Assembly (NCBI GenBank): GCA_041752695.1
Contig: JBGSVZ010000062.1
Span: 53,456-117,455 of the forward strand
Direction of reading: 5' to 3'
DNA from: Terrimicrobiaceae bacterium
GTDB lineage: Bacteria; Verrucomicrobiota; Verrucomicrobiia; Chthoniobacterales; Terrimicrobiaceae
Length of the DNA: 64,000 nt
Below the pieces are notes generated by a model. It was given only the letters and a program-made list of their open reading frames with translations, ran no database searches and had not been told where the DNA came from. The position numbers and the translations under genes are program-made. Of the stretch, positions 39,934-49,330 are shown piece by piece; position 1 is the first letter of the stretch; each line of letters starts with the position of its first letter.

Positions 39934-41046
39934 GTGAAACTCACCGACAGCCATACCAATCAGCAGTCCTTGGGGCGGGAAGAAACGTCCGTTTCTCTCA
40001 CCTATGCCACGGAGGGGCATTCCTGGTCGCTGGTCCCGGTTCGCGCCGCCACCGGCGCGGGACCGGCGCATTATTGCGCGGCGGATGGTCCGTTTGATCT
40101 GGAGCGGATGGCGGAAACGTTCCGCGATCAATTGGTGCGCTCCTGGTTTAATCTGCGCGACGACGCGGAACGCGGCAGCGGGTACTGGAAGGATCTGACC
40201 ATCCGGTTGGACGATGCGACGTTTATCAACGTCGACGAGGACAGTCTGCGCGTTTACGCGGCCAGTCCCGAACAGGCCCGCTCCACCGCGGAAAAGCTGC
40301 GCAAAACCTTCGCGCAGACGAAAAAATCCAAGCCGGCCACCTTCCAGATTGTCAAAAAGACCTGCGATGGTATCGACACCGAGGCCGTGGCTCTGGAGGG
40401 CAAGTCGGCCTTGGATTCGGAAAGTCTCGCCCTGCATTACGGCGATGGTTTCCCACAGTGGCACGCGACATTTTTGGACGACCTGCAAAGGCGGCGCACC
40501 GGGCTGACCATTTTGGATGGCGCCCCCGGCACGGGAAAAACCTCCTACCTCCGCCAGCTCATGCTGGAGTTGAGGGACACGCATCGGTTTTATTTCATCG
40601 GGTCGGCCAATCTGGGTTTGTTGCGCGAGGCGGAGTTTGTGGACTTCTGGGCCTCGGAGCGCCGGCTACATGGCGAGACGTCATTGGTGGTGATCCTGGA
40701 GGATGCGGAAAACGCTCTCATGCCGCGGCATTCGGACAACCGTCAGGAAGTGAGTCTGTTGCTCAATATCACCGATGGCATCCTTGGCGAATTCCTCCGT
40801 CTGCAGGTCATTTGCACGATCAACTGCGCGCTGAAGGAACTCGACCAGGCGTTGTTGCGTCCGGGCCGGCTGATGGCGCACCACTATTTTGGCCCGATGG
40901 AAGCGGCACAGGCCAAAGCCCTCGCGGATAAGCTAGGCAAGGTGCTGCCGCCCGTCCCGGCGTCCACCTACACGCTGGCCGAGATTTTCAGTGGCCAACT
41001 CGACCCCACCCGGCGAGAACGCGGGCGGATGGGATTCGGCGGATAG
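39934..41046 (+). CDS. AAA family ATPase
   Basis: Walker A GAPGTGKT, Walker B VVILEDAE, LLNITDG, LDQALLRPGRL, C-terminal MGFG. Confidence 0.9.
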   Translation: MKLTDSHTNQQSLGREETSVSLTYATEGHSWSLVPVRAATGAGPAHYCAADGPFDLERMAETFRDQLVRSWFNLRDDAERGSGYWKDLTIRLDDATFINVDEDSLRVYAASPEQARSTAEKLRKTFAQTKKSKPATFQIVKKTCDGIDTEAVALEGKSALDSESLALHYGDGFPQWHATFLDDLQRRRTGLTILDGAPGTGKTSYLRQLMLELRDTHRFYFIGSANLGLLREAEFVDFWASERRLHGETSLVVILEDAENALMPRHSDNRQEVSLLLNITDGILGEFLRLQVICTINCALKELDQALLRPGRLMAHHYFGPMEAAQAKALADKLGKVLPPVPASTYTLAEIFSGQLDPTRRERGRMGFGG

Positions 41047-41171
41047 GAGGATGTTTGTCCGGGTCGCGGCACCATTTAGCCTGAGCCAATTCTGGCGCAT
41101 TCAGCCGGGCGAAGGGCCGGGACTTGCCATGACGCTGCTTCACCCCTAGGTTCCGCGGAAATCCCGCCACC

Positions 41172-41798
41172 GTGCACCCGACAATCACCGCGATCATCAG
41201 CAAGGAATGGAAACAGCGCATGCAACTCATGACGCTGATCGTTGCCGGCGCCGGCTGCTGGTTTATGTATGACGGGCTGTTTGGATACCCCAAAAACAAC
41301 GTGCGAGCCGCCGTCTATCTTCCGCTACGCGACAGCCTCGGCAAGGATACTCCGGAATTGGAAAAAGCCTGGGCGGAGGAGGCCAGGACGCGGGGATGGT
41401 CCGATACTCCTCCGAAAAAAATGTATTCTTCCGGAGACATCCAAACCCAGATCATCATCGCCGCGGTCGCTTTGCTCGGGGCGGGACTTTGCGCCCGGCA
41501 TTATTTTGCCTCCCTGAAAACCACCACCCGGCTCGAAGAGGGAAAAATTCTCCTGCCCGACGGCCGGACCATTCCCCTTGAAAAAGTCCGCGCTGTCAGC
41601 CGGAAACGCTGGAAAAACAAGGGGATCGCCGACCTGGTTTATGAAGCGGAACCCGGGCGGATGAAAAAGTTTGTCCTCGACGACTACAAATACATCGGAG
41701 CCGAACAAATCCTCCTCGAAGCGGAAAAAATGCTGCCTCAAGAGCCTGCGGAGGTGTCCCCCGCGAAGCCTGACGAAACCTCGCCAGGGAGCTATTAG
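41172..41798 (+). CDS. Hypothetical membrane protein
   Basis: 208 aa, two TM segments, WFMYDGLFGYP; abuts the next gene. Confidence 0.75.
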   Translation: MHPTITAIISKEWKQRMQLMTLIVAGAGCWFMYDGLFGYPKNNVRAAVYLPLRDSLGKDTPELEKAWAEEARTRGWSDTPPKKMYSSGDIQTQIIIAAVALLGAGLCARHYFASLKTTTRLEEGKILLPDGRTIPLEKVRAVSRKRWKNKGIADLVYEAEPGRMKKFVLDDYKYIGAEQILLEAEKMLPQEPAEVSPAKPDETSPGSY

Positions 41799-43276
41799 TG
41801 AGAGTACTGCTCCTTCTCCTTTTGACGGTTGCTGGCGCGCTGGCCGCGCCCGAGTCCGACGTTGCGCCCGATTTTCCCCCGGCCATTAGCAGCTACCAGG
41901 ATGAGGAAATCCCCGGGCTTTTTGCCAAACTGACCGCCCGGGTGGCGGCCGAGCCATTTAACATCGTGGCGACGGTCATCTTTATCCTTGCCATCTGTCA
42001 CACTTTTCTTGCCTCGAAGTTCCTCCATAAGTCGCACGCTTATGCCCATGAGCTGGAAAATTTGGACAAATCATCCCGCGACCCCGAGGTATTGCGCCGG
42101 AGGGATTCCCTGCGTTTTCGCTCCACCCTCTTCCATTTCCTAGGCGAGGTCGAAGCCGTCTTCGGCATCTGGCTGATTCCCCTGGGCGTTGCCATTGTGG
42201 CCTTCGAGGGCTGGGGGACGATGGTCTATTATTTTAACCGGGTAAACTATGTGGAGCCCATCTTTGTCTTTGTCGTGATGGCCATCGCCAGTTCCAAGCC
42301 CGTCTTGCGTTTTGCGGAAAGCTGCCTCGCTTTGTTTGCGTCCCTTGGCGGGAAAACCCCGGCGGCGTGGTGGTTTTCTATACTCACAGTTGGCCCGTTG
42401 CTGGGCTCCTTCATCACGGAACCCGCGGCCATGACGATTTGCGCGATGCTGCTGCTGGAACGCTTCTACAAACTCGAGCCGAGCCTGAAGCTGCGCTATG
42501 CGACGCTCGGATTGCTTTTCGTGAACATCTCGGTGGGAGGCACGCTGAGTCATTTTGCCGCGCCGCCGGTGGTGATGGTGGCGGGTAAGTGGGGCTGGGG
42601 ATTCAGTTACATGTTGATGAACTTTGGCTGGAAGGCGGTGATCGGCATCCTCGTGGCCAACGTGGTGTTTTTTGCGGTTTTCCGGAAGGAGTTGCTCGGA
42701 TTGCGTGCCCGGGAGGACAAGGCGGCCCAGGATCAGGAGCCGATTCCGCTTTATGTCACCGTGGTGCATTTGCTGGCCATCGCCTGGACGGTGGTGAACT
42801 CGCATTATCCGTCTCTTGTCCTGATCGGCTTGTTGTTTTTTCTCGCCTTCGTCGTGGCAACCGAGCGGCATCAAAATTCCATCAATCTGCGCAGTCCGAT
42901 GTTGGTGGGATTTTTTCTCGCGGCCCTGGTGGTCCATGGAGGTTGCCAGCAGTGGTGGATCGCGCCGGTGTTGAGCGGGCTGGGCGAATGGCCGCTGATG
43001 ATCGGCGCGACCATGCTGACGGCGGTGAACGATAACGCGGCCATCACGTACTTGGCCACTCTGGTTCCCGGTTTTACCGAGGAATTAAAATTCGCCATCG
43101 TAGCCGGAGCCGTGACCGGAGGGGGCCTCACGGTCATTGCCAACGCGCCCAATCCCGCGGGGCAATCCATCCTCCAATCGGCCTTCGGGGAGGATGGCAT
43201 CAAACCGTTGGGGCTCTTCCTCGCCGCTCTCATTCCCACCGTCATCATGGGTGCCGCGCTGATGTTGCTTCCTTGA
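41798..43276 (+). CDS. Putative Na+/H+ antiporter (DUF1504-like)
   Basis: HFLGEVEAVFGIW, GSFITEPAAMT, NISVGGTL, VTGGGLTVIANAPNPAG. Confidence 0.88.
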   Translation: MRVLLLLLLTVAGALAAPESDVAPDFPPAISSYQDEEIPGLFAKLTARVAAEPFNIVATVIFILAICHTFLASKFLHKSHAYAHELENLDKSSRDPEVLRRRDSLRFRSTLFHFLGEVEAVFGIWLIPLGVAIVAFEGWGTMVYYFNRVNYVEPIFVFVVMAIASSKPVLRFAESCLALFASLGGKTPAAWWFSILTVGPLLGSFITEPAAMTICAMLLLERFYKLEPSLKLRYATLGLLFVNISVGGTLSHFAAPPVVMVAGKWGWGFSYMLMNFGWKAVIGILVANVVFFAVFRKELLGLRAREDKAAQDQEPIPLYVTVVHLLAIAWTVVNSHYPSLVLIGLLFFLAFVVATERHQNSINLRSPMLVGFFLAALVVHGGCQQWWIAPVLSGLGEWPLMIGATMLTAVNDNAAITYLATLVPGFTEELKFAIVAGAVTGGGLTVIANAPNPAGQSILQSAFGEDGIKPLGLFLAALIPTVIMGAALMLLP

Positions 43277-43278
43277 GC

Positions 43279-44040
43279 CTATTTCGCCCCGGAGAGTCTC
43301 TTCGCCTCCGCAAAGCTGGATTCGGTTCTGAGGAGACCAGCCAGATACTCGTCGCGTGAGGGCAGGGTTTTCCATGCGGAGACCCGGGAGGGATTTTCCA
43401 GCCGGGAAAAAATCGCCCGGGTAATCGTGCTGTAGGGCACGGATTTTTCCCCGAAGCCGTCGGGTTGGTTGCTCGACCAAAATCGCACATGCTCCGCGCC
43501 ATCAAGGGTTTCCCGCCCCAGATAGATCACCGAGTGGCCGCGCTCCTTTTTTCCCACCGCGTCGGTCCAGAAGATTTTCAAAAAATCGCCCGGTTTCGCG
43601 GCAGCAATGTCGGTGAAGTTTCGCCCTAATCCCAGTTCAAAAAAAAGCCGGGCTGTCCCGGGGCCATTGGCATTCCAGCGTCCCCACACGCTCTCGCCGT
43701 CGGGCAGGGTGTCCTTTCCGTCGGGGCGCAGTCGTGGAACGAGTGCCTGCCAGGTTTCCTGGGAAAGCGCGAGCGACTGTTCCCTTTCCACGGCGGTGAG
43801 CGTTTTCAGAAAAACCAGATAGGTGGCCCCCGAACAATATCCCGGCATGGCCGCACTCGGCCGAATTTCGGGAATCGTGCCCGGAGTCACCGCCGCCGCC
43901 AGACCCTGATGGGCCGCCAGAGTGGTGGCATACCCTCCGCCTTCCGGCATGGTGCGGACTTGTGCGAGGACCACTTCATTGATGCCACAAAACGCCCGGG
44001 CCGCAAAACCAACGAGAAGGAACGCAAGCAAACAACGCAT
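43279..44040 (-). CDS. Secreted papain-like (NlpC/P60-type) hypothetical protein
   Basis: Signal peptide; YCSGATY, PGDFLKIFW, GHSVIYLG, FWSSN. Confidence 0.7.
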   Translation of the reverse strand: MRCLLAFLLVGFAARAFCGINEVVLAQVRTMPEGGGYATTLAAHQGLAAAVTPGTIPEIRPSAAMPGYCSGATYLVFLKTLTAVEREQSLALSQETWQALVPRLRPDGKDTLPDGESVWGRWNANGPGTARLFFELGLGRNFTDIAAAKPGDFLKIFWTDAVGKKERGHSVIYLGRETLDGAEHVRFWSSNQPDGFGEKSVPYSTITRAIFSRLENPSRVSAWKTLPSRDEYLAGLLRTESSFAEAKRLSGAK

Positions 44041-44122
44041 CCCTCCACCCTACGCGAGACATCCCAAAGGATAAAGCGTTCGTCCCCTCCCCAAAAGGAT
44101 CGGTCGAACGCCTCCTCTCTCG

Positions 44123-44157
44123 TTTACAATAAATGTCCCACCTGGGACATTTATTGT
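44123..44157. repeat. Palindrome copy 1, upstream of the PaaX-like gene
   Basis: ACAATAAATGTCCCA-CC-TGGGACATTTATTGT, perfect 15-bp arms (44126-44157). Confidence 0.95.
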
Positions 44158-44192
44158 TGCATCGCGAGGCGCTCGTTGCTGCTTTGGTTTCG

Positions 44193-44975
44193 ATGAGAGC
44201 GAAGACGGAATTGCTGTTGTTTCACCTGCTTTGGGCGGCGGAGGGTGTCCTTCGTCCGACGTTTCGGAACCTTGATCAGAGCTTCGAAGGATGGGCCTAT
44301 CGAAGCGGATTTTTGCCGCAGATCCGCCGCCTGGAAGCGCAGGGGTTGGTTGAGGCCAAACAAGGCGGCCTGGGAAAAAAGACCTTTGTGCGGCTCACCG
44401 AGGCGGGGCGTGTTGCGGCTCTGGGTGGACGGGATATGGACAAGGCGTGGCCGGCAGACTGGGATGGAAAGTGGCGACTTTTTCTCTTCGATATTCCGGT
44501 GAAAGAGGAGGCCCTCAGGAAGCGCGTGCAACGGGCCCTGGCGGACTGCGGGTGTGGATGCCTCCAGGGCAGCGTGTGGATTGCCCCCGGCTTTCCCTTG
44601 GGTGCCGAGCGTTTTTTTGGCGAAGACGGGAAGGATTGTTCGCACTTGATTTTGCTCGAGGCGGACTCCCGGGGATCGAAGGTGGACGCGCAGATGGTCA
44701 AAGCCGCGTGGGATTTTTCAAAGATCAACCAACGGTATGCCCGCCACCTGGAAATCCTCGATGCTTTGCCTCTTTCGGGAAAAGATTTGCCGCGCAGGCT
44801 GTTGGAATGGAGTGCCAAGGAAAATCACCACTGGCTCGATGCAGTGCGGCACGACCCGTTGCTGCCGATCGCCTTGTTGCCAGCCGGATATCTGGGGAAG
44901 AAAGCGTGGGAAAAGCGCCGGACGGTGGTGACACAAGCGGGCCGTCTGGCCCGGCAGAGTGAGCGCGAGTCGTAG
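44193..44975 (+). CDS. PaaX-like protein (winged HTH, Cas2-like central domain, PaaX C-terminal domain)
   Basis: IRRLEAQGLV..VRLTEAG (wHTH); WDGKWRLFLFDIP..LQGSVWIAP; AWDFSKINQRY..HDPLLPIALLPAGYLG; ATG 44193 preferred because ATG 44133 lies inside the palindrome. Confidence 0.88.
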   Translation: MRAKTELLLFHLLWAAEGVLRPTFRNLDQSFEGWAYRSGFLPQIRRLEAQGLVEAKQGGLGKKTFVRLTEAGRVAALGGRDMDKAWPADWDGKWRLFLFDIPVKEEALRKRVQRALADCGCGCLQGSVWIAPGFPLGAERFFGEDGKDCSHLILLEADSRGSKVDAQMVKAAWDFSKINQRYARHLEILDALPLSGKDLPRRLLEWSAKENHHWLDAVRHDPLLPIALLPAGYLGKKAWEKRRTVVTQAGRLARQSERES

Positions 44976-44984
44976 TCCGGGTTG

Positions 44985-45021
44985 TTACAATAGATGTCCC
45001 AGGTGGGACAATTATTGTAAA
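44985..45021. repeat. Palindrome copy 2, downstream of the PaaX-like gene (inverted relative to copy 1)
   Basis: TTACAATAGATGTCCCA-GG-TGGGACAATTATTGTAA, 15 of 17 arm positions paired; begins 9 bp after the stop. Confidence 0.95.
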
Positions 45022-45083
45022 AGGGAGGGCGGGGTTGCTCTTGCTTTGCGGGTGCGCGTGGTTTTCCTTGCGGGATTATTCCT

Positions 45084-45716
45084 ATGAGACGGCGGCCGGT
45101 TTTTTTTACTCTTCTGCTCAGTGTTTTGGGCGTTCTGATTTGGGCGGCGTTTTGGGTGGCCGGGTGGATGGAATTGCGGCCGGTGAGTCCTTCGGGCGGT
45201 CTGTATTTTCCGGGGAGGGTTGAGTTGGACGTGCCGCAATTTTTTCAGGGGGATTCCCGCTGGAGTGTGGACCCCCTGGGGGCAAGTCCCGGCACGCTGG
45301 GGGCGGAGGGTTGTGCGGTGGCTTCAGCCGCGATGACGCTGGCCAGTTACGGGATGGACGTCGATCCCGGGCGGTTGAATCAATTTCTTACTGCCCTGCC
45401 GGGTGGCTATACGCCCGAGGGATGGATTTATTGGGAGAAGGCGGCGGAATTTGATCGGGGGTTAACCGCCCGACTGTTGCCGCACTACGAGGACAAACCA
45501 TCTTATTTTCTTCTCGATTGGAATGTGATCCAGGGGAATCCGGTGATCGTACGTCTGCGCTACCGCGACGGGATCACCCACTTTGTGGTGATCTGCGGGA
45601 AAAGTGGATACGACTACTTGGTGCGCGACCCCGGTCGGGGCGGGATAAAAGGCGTGTATCCGCTTAAGGAATTCGGCAGCGACATTGAAGCGCTGCGGTT
45701 TTATCGGAAGCCTTGA
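45084..45716 (+). CDS. C39-like (Peptidase_C39_2) cysteine peptidase, membrane-anchored
   Basis: VPQFFQGDSRW, GCAVASAAM, THFVVICG, VRDPG. Confidence 0.88.
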   Translation: MRRRPVFFTLLLSVLGVLIWAAFWVAGWMELRPVSPSGGLYFPGRVELDVPQFFQGDSRWSVDPLGASPGTLGAEGCAVASAAMTLASYGMDVDPGRLNQFLTALPGGYTPEGWIYWEKAAEFDRGLTARLLPHYEDKPSYFLLDWNVIQGNPVIVRLRYRDGITHFVVICGKSGYDYLVRDPGRGGIKGVYPLKEFGSDIEALRFYRKP

Positions 45717-45725
45717 CGGGGTGCG

Positions 45726-46019
45726 TTAGTCCCGCTTGCGCGTGAACAAAAACACCAGCAGTCCGCCAAGAATGAGAGCGGCGGCAATGGGCGCGTAGGG
45801 GTTTTCGTGGACGCTCTCGTCCGCGGCTTTGGCTCCCCGTGCGGCTTGCACGCGCACGCGATCGTAGACATCGCGACTGCCATCGAGGGCGTCGGAGAGT
45901 CTGCGGCGGGCAACTTTCACTTTGTCTTCGGCCACATCGGAAGTGGCGGCCAGAAGGTTGCGCGCGTCGTCGGCGAGAGTTTCGAGATAAGTGACGACCG
46001 TGTCTTTGTATTTGCTCAT
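45726..46019 (-). CDS. DUF883/ElaB-YqjD family protein
   Basis: LADDARNLLAAT, AKAADESVHENPY, C-terminal TM + RKRD. Confidence 0.85.
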   Translation of the reverse strand: MSKYKDTVVTYLETLADDARNLLAATSDVAEDKVKVARRRLSDALDGSRDVYDRVRVQAARGAKAADESVHENPYAPIAAALILGGLLVFLFTRKRD

Positions 46020-46068
46020 GGGGGGATTCTCGCTCCGGAAGGCGGATTGCGCAAGCCGGGAGCGGAAT

Positions 46069-46872
46069 TTATCGGAGTCGTTGTTGCGCGCCGCGGAAGG
46101 CCCCGACAAAGCGGTCCAGGCGGCGAGGGTCGAGTCGCCCGAGAAATTGTCCGTCTTCGCGCAGGGTGGAGCCGACGATAAAGATGTCCGCGAGGGGCAG
46201 GTAAGTCGCGATGTTTTCCGGAGTCATGCCCGACCCGACGAGGACGGGGACCCGGGCGATCTTGCGCACTCGGCGGAGTTCGCGCACGTCGGGAGTTTCG
46301 CCGGTGCGTGGACCGGTGACGATGACTCCATCGACCAAAAAAAATTCCGATTGTTTCACCACGTCGATGATATCGAGGTCGCCAGTGAGGGCGTGGGAGC
46401 AGTGTTTTTTCTTCACGTCACCGAAAATCTTGATTTGGTCACAGCCGAGTTTTTTGCGCAGCCGGAGGAGTTTTCCGGCACACCCCTCGATCAGGCCGGC
46501 TCCTCCGATGTGGGCGAAGACGTACCCCTCGACGCGGAGAAAATCGAGGTGACAGGCGGCGGCAATTTCGAGGGCGCTTTCGTTGGCCGCCTCGAGCATC
46601 TGGAGTCCGACGGGTCCGTCAAAATTTTTTCGCACGGAGCGGGCGATGCGTTTGACCAAAGCGACGGCCTGGGCGGGCAGGGGTGGTTTGATGTAGGGAA
46701 GGTCGTGGCTGTTTTCCAGCACGATGGCGTCCACCCCGGCGGCGGTGTAGAGGGCGAGGTCGGAAAGGGCCTCTTCGAGAATTGCGCGGTCGTTGCCGTC
46801 ATAACCCGGCGAACCGGGCAGGGGCCGGAGGGCAATCATGGCGGCGAGCGATTTTTCGGGAAAAACCTTCAT
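46069..46872 (-). CDS. BtpA/SgcQ family protein
   Basis: PLPGSP, LENSHDLPY, DVKKKH, DGVIVTG..TG, VGSG, FIVGS. Confidence 0.9.
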   Translation of the reverse strand: MKVFPEKSLAAMIALRPLPGSPGYDGNDRAILEEALSDLALYTAAGVDAIVLENSHDLPYIKPPLPAQAVALVKRIARSVRKNFDGPVGLQMLEAANESALEIAAACHLDFLRVEGYVFAHIGGAGLIEGCAGKLLRLRKKLGCDQIKIFGDVKKKHCSHALTGDLDIIDVVKQSEFFLVDGVIVTGPRTGETPDVRELRRVRKIARVPVLVGSGMTPENIATYLPLADIFIVGSTLREDGQFLGRLDPRRLDRFVGAFRGAQQRLR

Positions 46873-46873
46873 G

Positions 46874-47311
46874 CTATTTGCCGAAGAGGCTGACTCCGGT
46901 GGCGGCGAGAGTGGCAAAAAGGACGGTCCAGGGAATGGCCCCCGCTGCGATCCAAAGGATGACCCTGGCCGGCTTCTCGCCTAGAGCGAGAGCAATGAGG
47001 GCCGCGAGGTAGGGACCGGTCGTAACGGGGGCCAGCAAAGCCAGTCCGGGCATGCCAAAGCGCCCCCAGGCTCGCCAGAAAAGTTTGGTGGGATCCGGGT
47101 GGGGCGAGAGGCGGAATTTTTTTTCCATCCATCTCCGGGCGGGATCGCCCAACAACAACATGGCCCCACCGATAGCGGTGTAACCGGCCCAGGCGCACAG
47201 GGCGGCGGTGACCGGGTCCAATTTCAAGGCGACTCCCGTGGGAATGGCGGCGATGAAATAGACCACGCCCAGCCCGAAAACCGTCACCATCGCTCCGAGT
47301 GTCCCGTTCAT
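46874..47311 (-). CDS. Small multidrug-export-like membrane protein
   Basis: AAIPTG, WGRFGMPGLALLAPVTTG; four TM helices. Confidence 0.7.
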   Translation of the reverse strand: MNGTLGAMVTVFGLGVVYFIAAIPTGVALKLDPVTAALCAWAGYTAIGGAMLLLGDPARRWMEKKFRLSPHPDPTKLFWRAWGRFGMPGLALLAPVTTGPYLAALIALALGEKPARVILWIAAGAIPWTVLFATLAATGVSLFGK

Positions 47312-47472
47312 TCCTTCCCCTTCATCGAAGGGCGGAGCTTGCCGCCTTTCGGGAAAAACGCAAATGGTTTGAGTCGGGATGACGGCACCTTGCGGCCTGG
47401 GCGGTCGGGCGAATGTTCTCCCGGCATTGCTTGATCGCCGGGTGGATTTGTGGATGATCCGCGGACGATTTT

Positions 47473-48453
47473 ATGAAAACCAGAGCCTTTGGCAAAACCG
47501 GCGTGAATGTATCGGAAGTGGGGCTCGGCTGCTGGCAGCTGGGTGGGGCCGATTGGGGGAATGTTTCCGAAGAGCAGGCCCTGGAAATCCTGGCCGCCGC
47601 CGCGGATTCCGGGGTGACGTTTTTTGATACTGCGGACGTTTACGGCAGTGGGCGGGCGGAAACACTCATTGGCAAGTTTCTCAGGGAGCGTCGGGGACTT
47701 TTTGTCGCGACCAAGATGGGCCGCATGGGGGACCTTTATCCCGATCAATACACCGAGGCCGGGCTTCGGGCGGCGACAGAGGCCTCGCTCACGCGGTTGG
47801 GGGTGGAAACGTTGGATCTCACGCAGCTTCACTGTATTCCGACGGAGGAGTTGAGACGCGGCGACGTCTTTGAATGGATGCGCAAGCTCCAGGGAGAGGG
47901 AAAAATCCGCCACTTTGGCGCCAGTGTCGAATCGATGGAAGAGGCGCTGATTTGCGCCGCCCAGCCCGGCCTTGCCTCGCTGCAGATTATTTTCAACATC
48001 TTCCGTCAGCGGCCGATCACCGAACTGTTTCCCGTCGCCCGGGAAAAGGGGATCGGGATCATCGTGCGCCTGCCGCTGGCCAGCGGCCTTCTTTCGGGCA
48101 AGTTCTCGAAAGACACCACCTTTGCCGCCAACGATCACCGCAATTTTAATCGCGATGGGCAGGCCTTTAATGTGGGGGAAACCTTCGCCGGGATTCCTTT
48201 CGACAAGGGGGTTGAGCTGGCGGAGGAAATGCAGTTTTTTGTGCCCGACAGCCTCTCGATGGTTCAGATGGCTCAGCGTTGGATCCTCGATTATGATGAG
48301 GTTTCGGTGGTGATCCCCGGGGCCAGTTCCCTCGAACAGGCCCGCGAAAATGCGTCGGTATCGCGCCTGCCGGAACTTCCGCCCCAGTTGCATGAGCGAC
48401 TGGCGCATTATTATCGCACGCAGGTTGCGCCCTTCATCCGCGGGCCGTATTGA
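47473..48453 (+). CDS. Aldo/keto reductase
   Basis: VSEVGLGCWQLGG, FFDTADVYGSG, LDLTQLH, PLASGLLSGK, VIPGA. Confidence 0.95.
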   Translation: MKTRAFGKTGVNVSEVGLGCWQLGGADWGNVSEEQALEILAAAADSGVTFFDTADVYGSGRAETLIGKFLRERRGLFVATKMGRMGDLYPDQYTEAGLRAATEASLTRLGVETLDLTQLHCIPTEELRRGDVFEWMRKLQGEGKIRHFGASVESMEEALICAAQPGLASLQIIFNIFRQRPITELFPVAREKGIGIIVRLPLASGLLSGKFSKDTTFAANDHRNFNRDGQAFNVGETFAGIPFDKGVELAEEMQFFVPDSLSMVQMAQRWILDYDEVSVVIPGASSLEQARENASVSRLPELPPQLHERLAHYYRTQVAPFIRGPY

Positions 48454-48493
48454 CGTTGCAGAAACCCATTTTCCCGGTTACCTTCCGCCCCCT

Positions 48494-48940
48494 ATGCGAA
48501 TCCCCGCACTCATCGCCGCAATTACATTACTTCCCATGTCACTCTTCGCTCAATCCGCCTCCGAAAAGGGCCAGCAGTTCCTGGCCGAGAACGCCAAAAA
48601 AGACGGTGTAAAAACCACGGCCTCCGGCCTGCAATACACGGTCATCCGGGAGGGCTCCGGAAAAACTCCTGCCGCGACCGATGAAGTCATGGTCAATTAT
48701 CGTGGCACGCTTCTGAATGGCACCGAGTTCGACAGTTCCTACAAGCGTAACGAGCCCATTTCCTTCCGGTTGAATCAGGTGATTCCCGGATGGACGGAAG
48801 GGGTCCAACTGATGAAGGAAGGTGCGAAATACCAATTTTTCATCCCGTCGAAACTCGCGTACGGTTCCCGGGGAGCCGGCGGGGTCATCGGGCCCGATGA
48901 AACCCTCATTTTTGAGGTCGAGCTTCTCAAGGTCAAATAG
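48494..48940 (+). CDS. FKBP-type peptidyl-prolyl cis-trans isomerase (exported)
   Basis: TTASGLQY, YRGTLLNGTEFDSSY, VIPGWTEG, LAYG, LIFEVELL. Confidence 0.96.
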   Translation: MRIPALIAAITLLPMSLFAQSASEKGQQFLAENAKKDGVKTTASGLQYTVIREGSGKTPAATDEVMVNYRGTLLNGTEFDSSYKRNEPISFRLNQVIPGWTEGVQLMKEGAKYQFFIPSKLAYGSRGAGGVIGPDETLIFEVELLKVK

Positions 48941-48976
48941 CGGTTTCTCCCAAGATCGAGCGGTCGTCCTTCTGTG

Positions 48977-49330
48977 ATGCTCAAGGTCTATACCTACGCG
49001 AAGTGCGACACGTGTCGGAAGGCCGTGAAGTTTCTGCGGGGGAATGGAATCGCATTTCAGGAAATTCCCATCCGAGAAACCCCGCCTTCGCTGACCGAAC
49101 TCGACGCCATGCTCCAGGCGGAAAACGGGGAGATCCGGCGCCTGTTTAATACCTCGGGGACTGATTACCGAGCCTTGGGGTTGAGTGCAACTCTCCCCGC
49201 TTTGGGACGGGCGGAAGCTCTTGCTCTGCTGGCCGGGAATGGCAATTTGGTGAAACGTCCGTTTGCCCTTGGGGACGGTGTTTTCCTGGTTGGCTTCGAC
49301 GAGGCGGCCTGGCGGGAAGCGCTTTTATAG
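48977..49330 (+). CDS. ArsC/Spx-MgsR family protein
   Basis: KCDTCRKA, LFNTSG..YR, LVKRP, VGFDE. Confidence 0.9.
   Translation: MLKVYTYAKCDTCRKAVKFLRGNGIAFQEIPIRETPPSLTELDAMLQAENGEIRRLFNTSGTDYRALGLSATLPALGRAEALALLAGNGNLVKRPFALGDGVFLVGFDEAAWREALL

Noticed and set aside
44133..44975. Calling the PaaX-like gene a CRISPR Cas2 or a true paaX
   Set aside because: There is no cas1, CRISPR array or paa catabolic gene in the window; only domain-level similarity is supportable.
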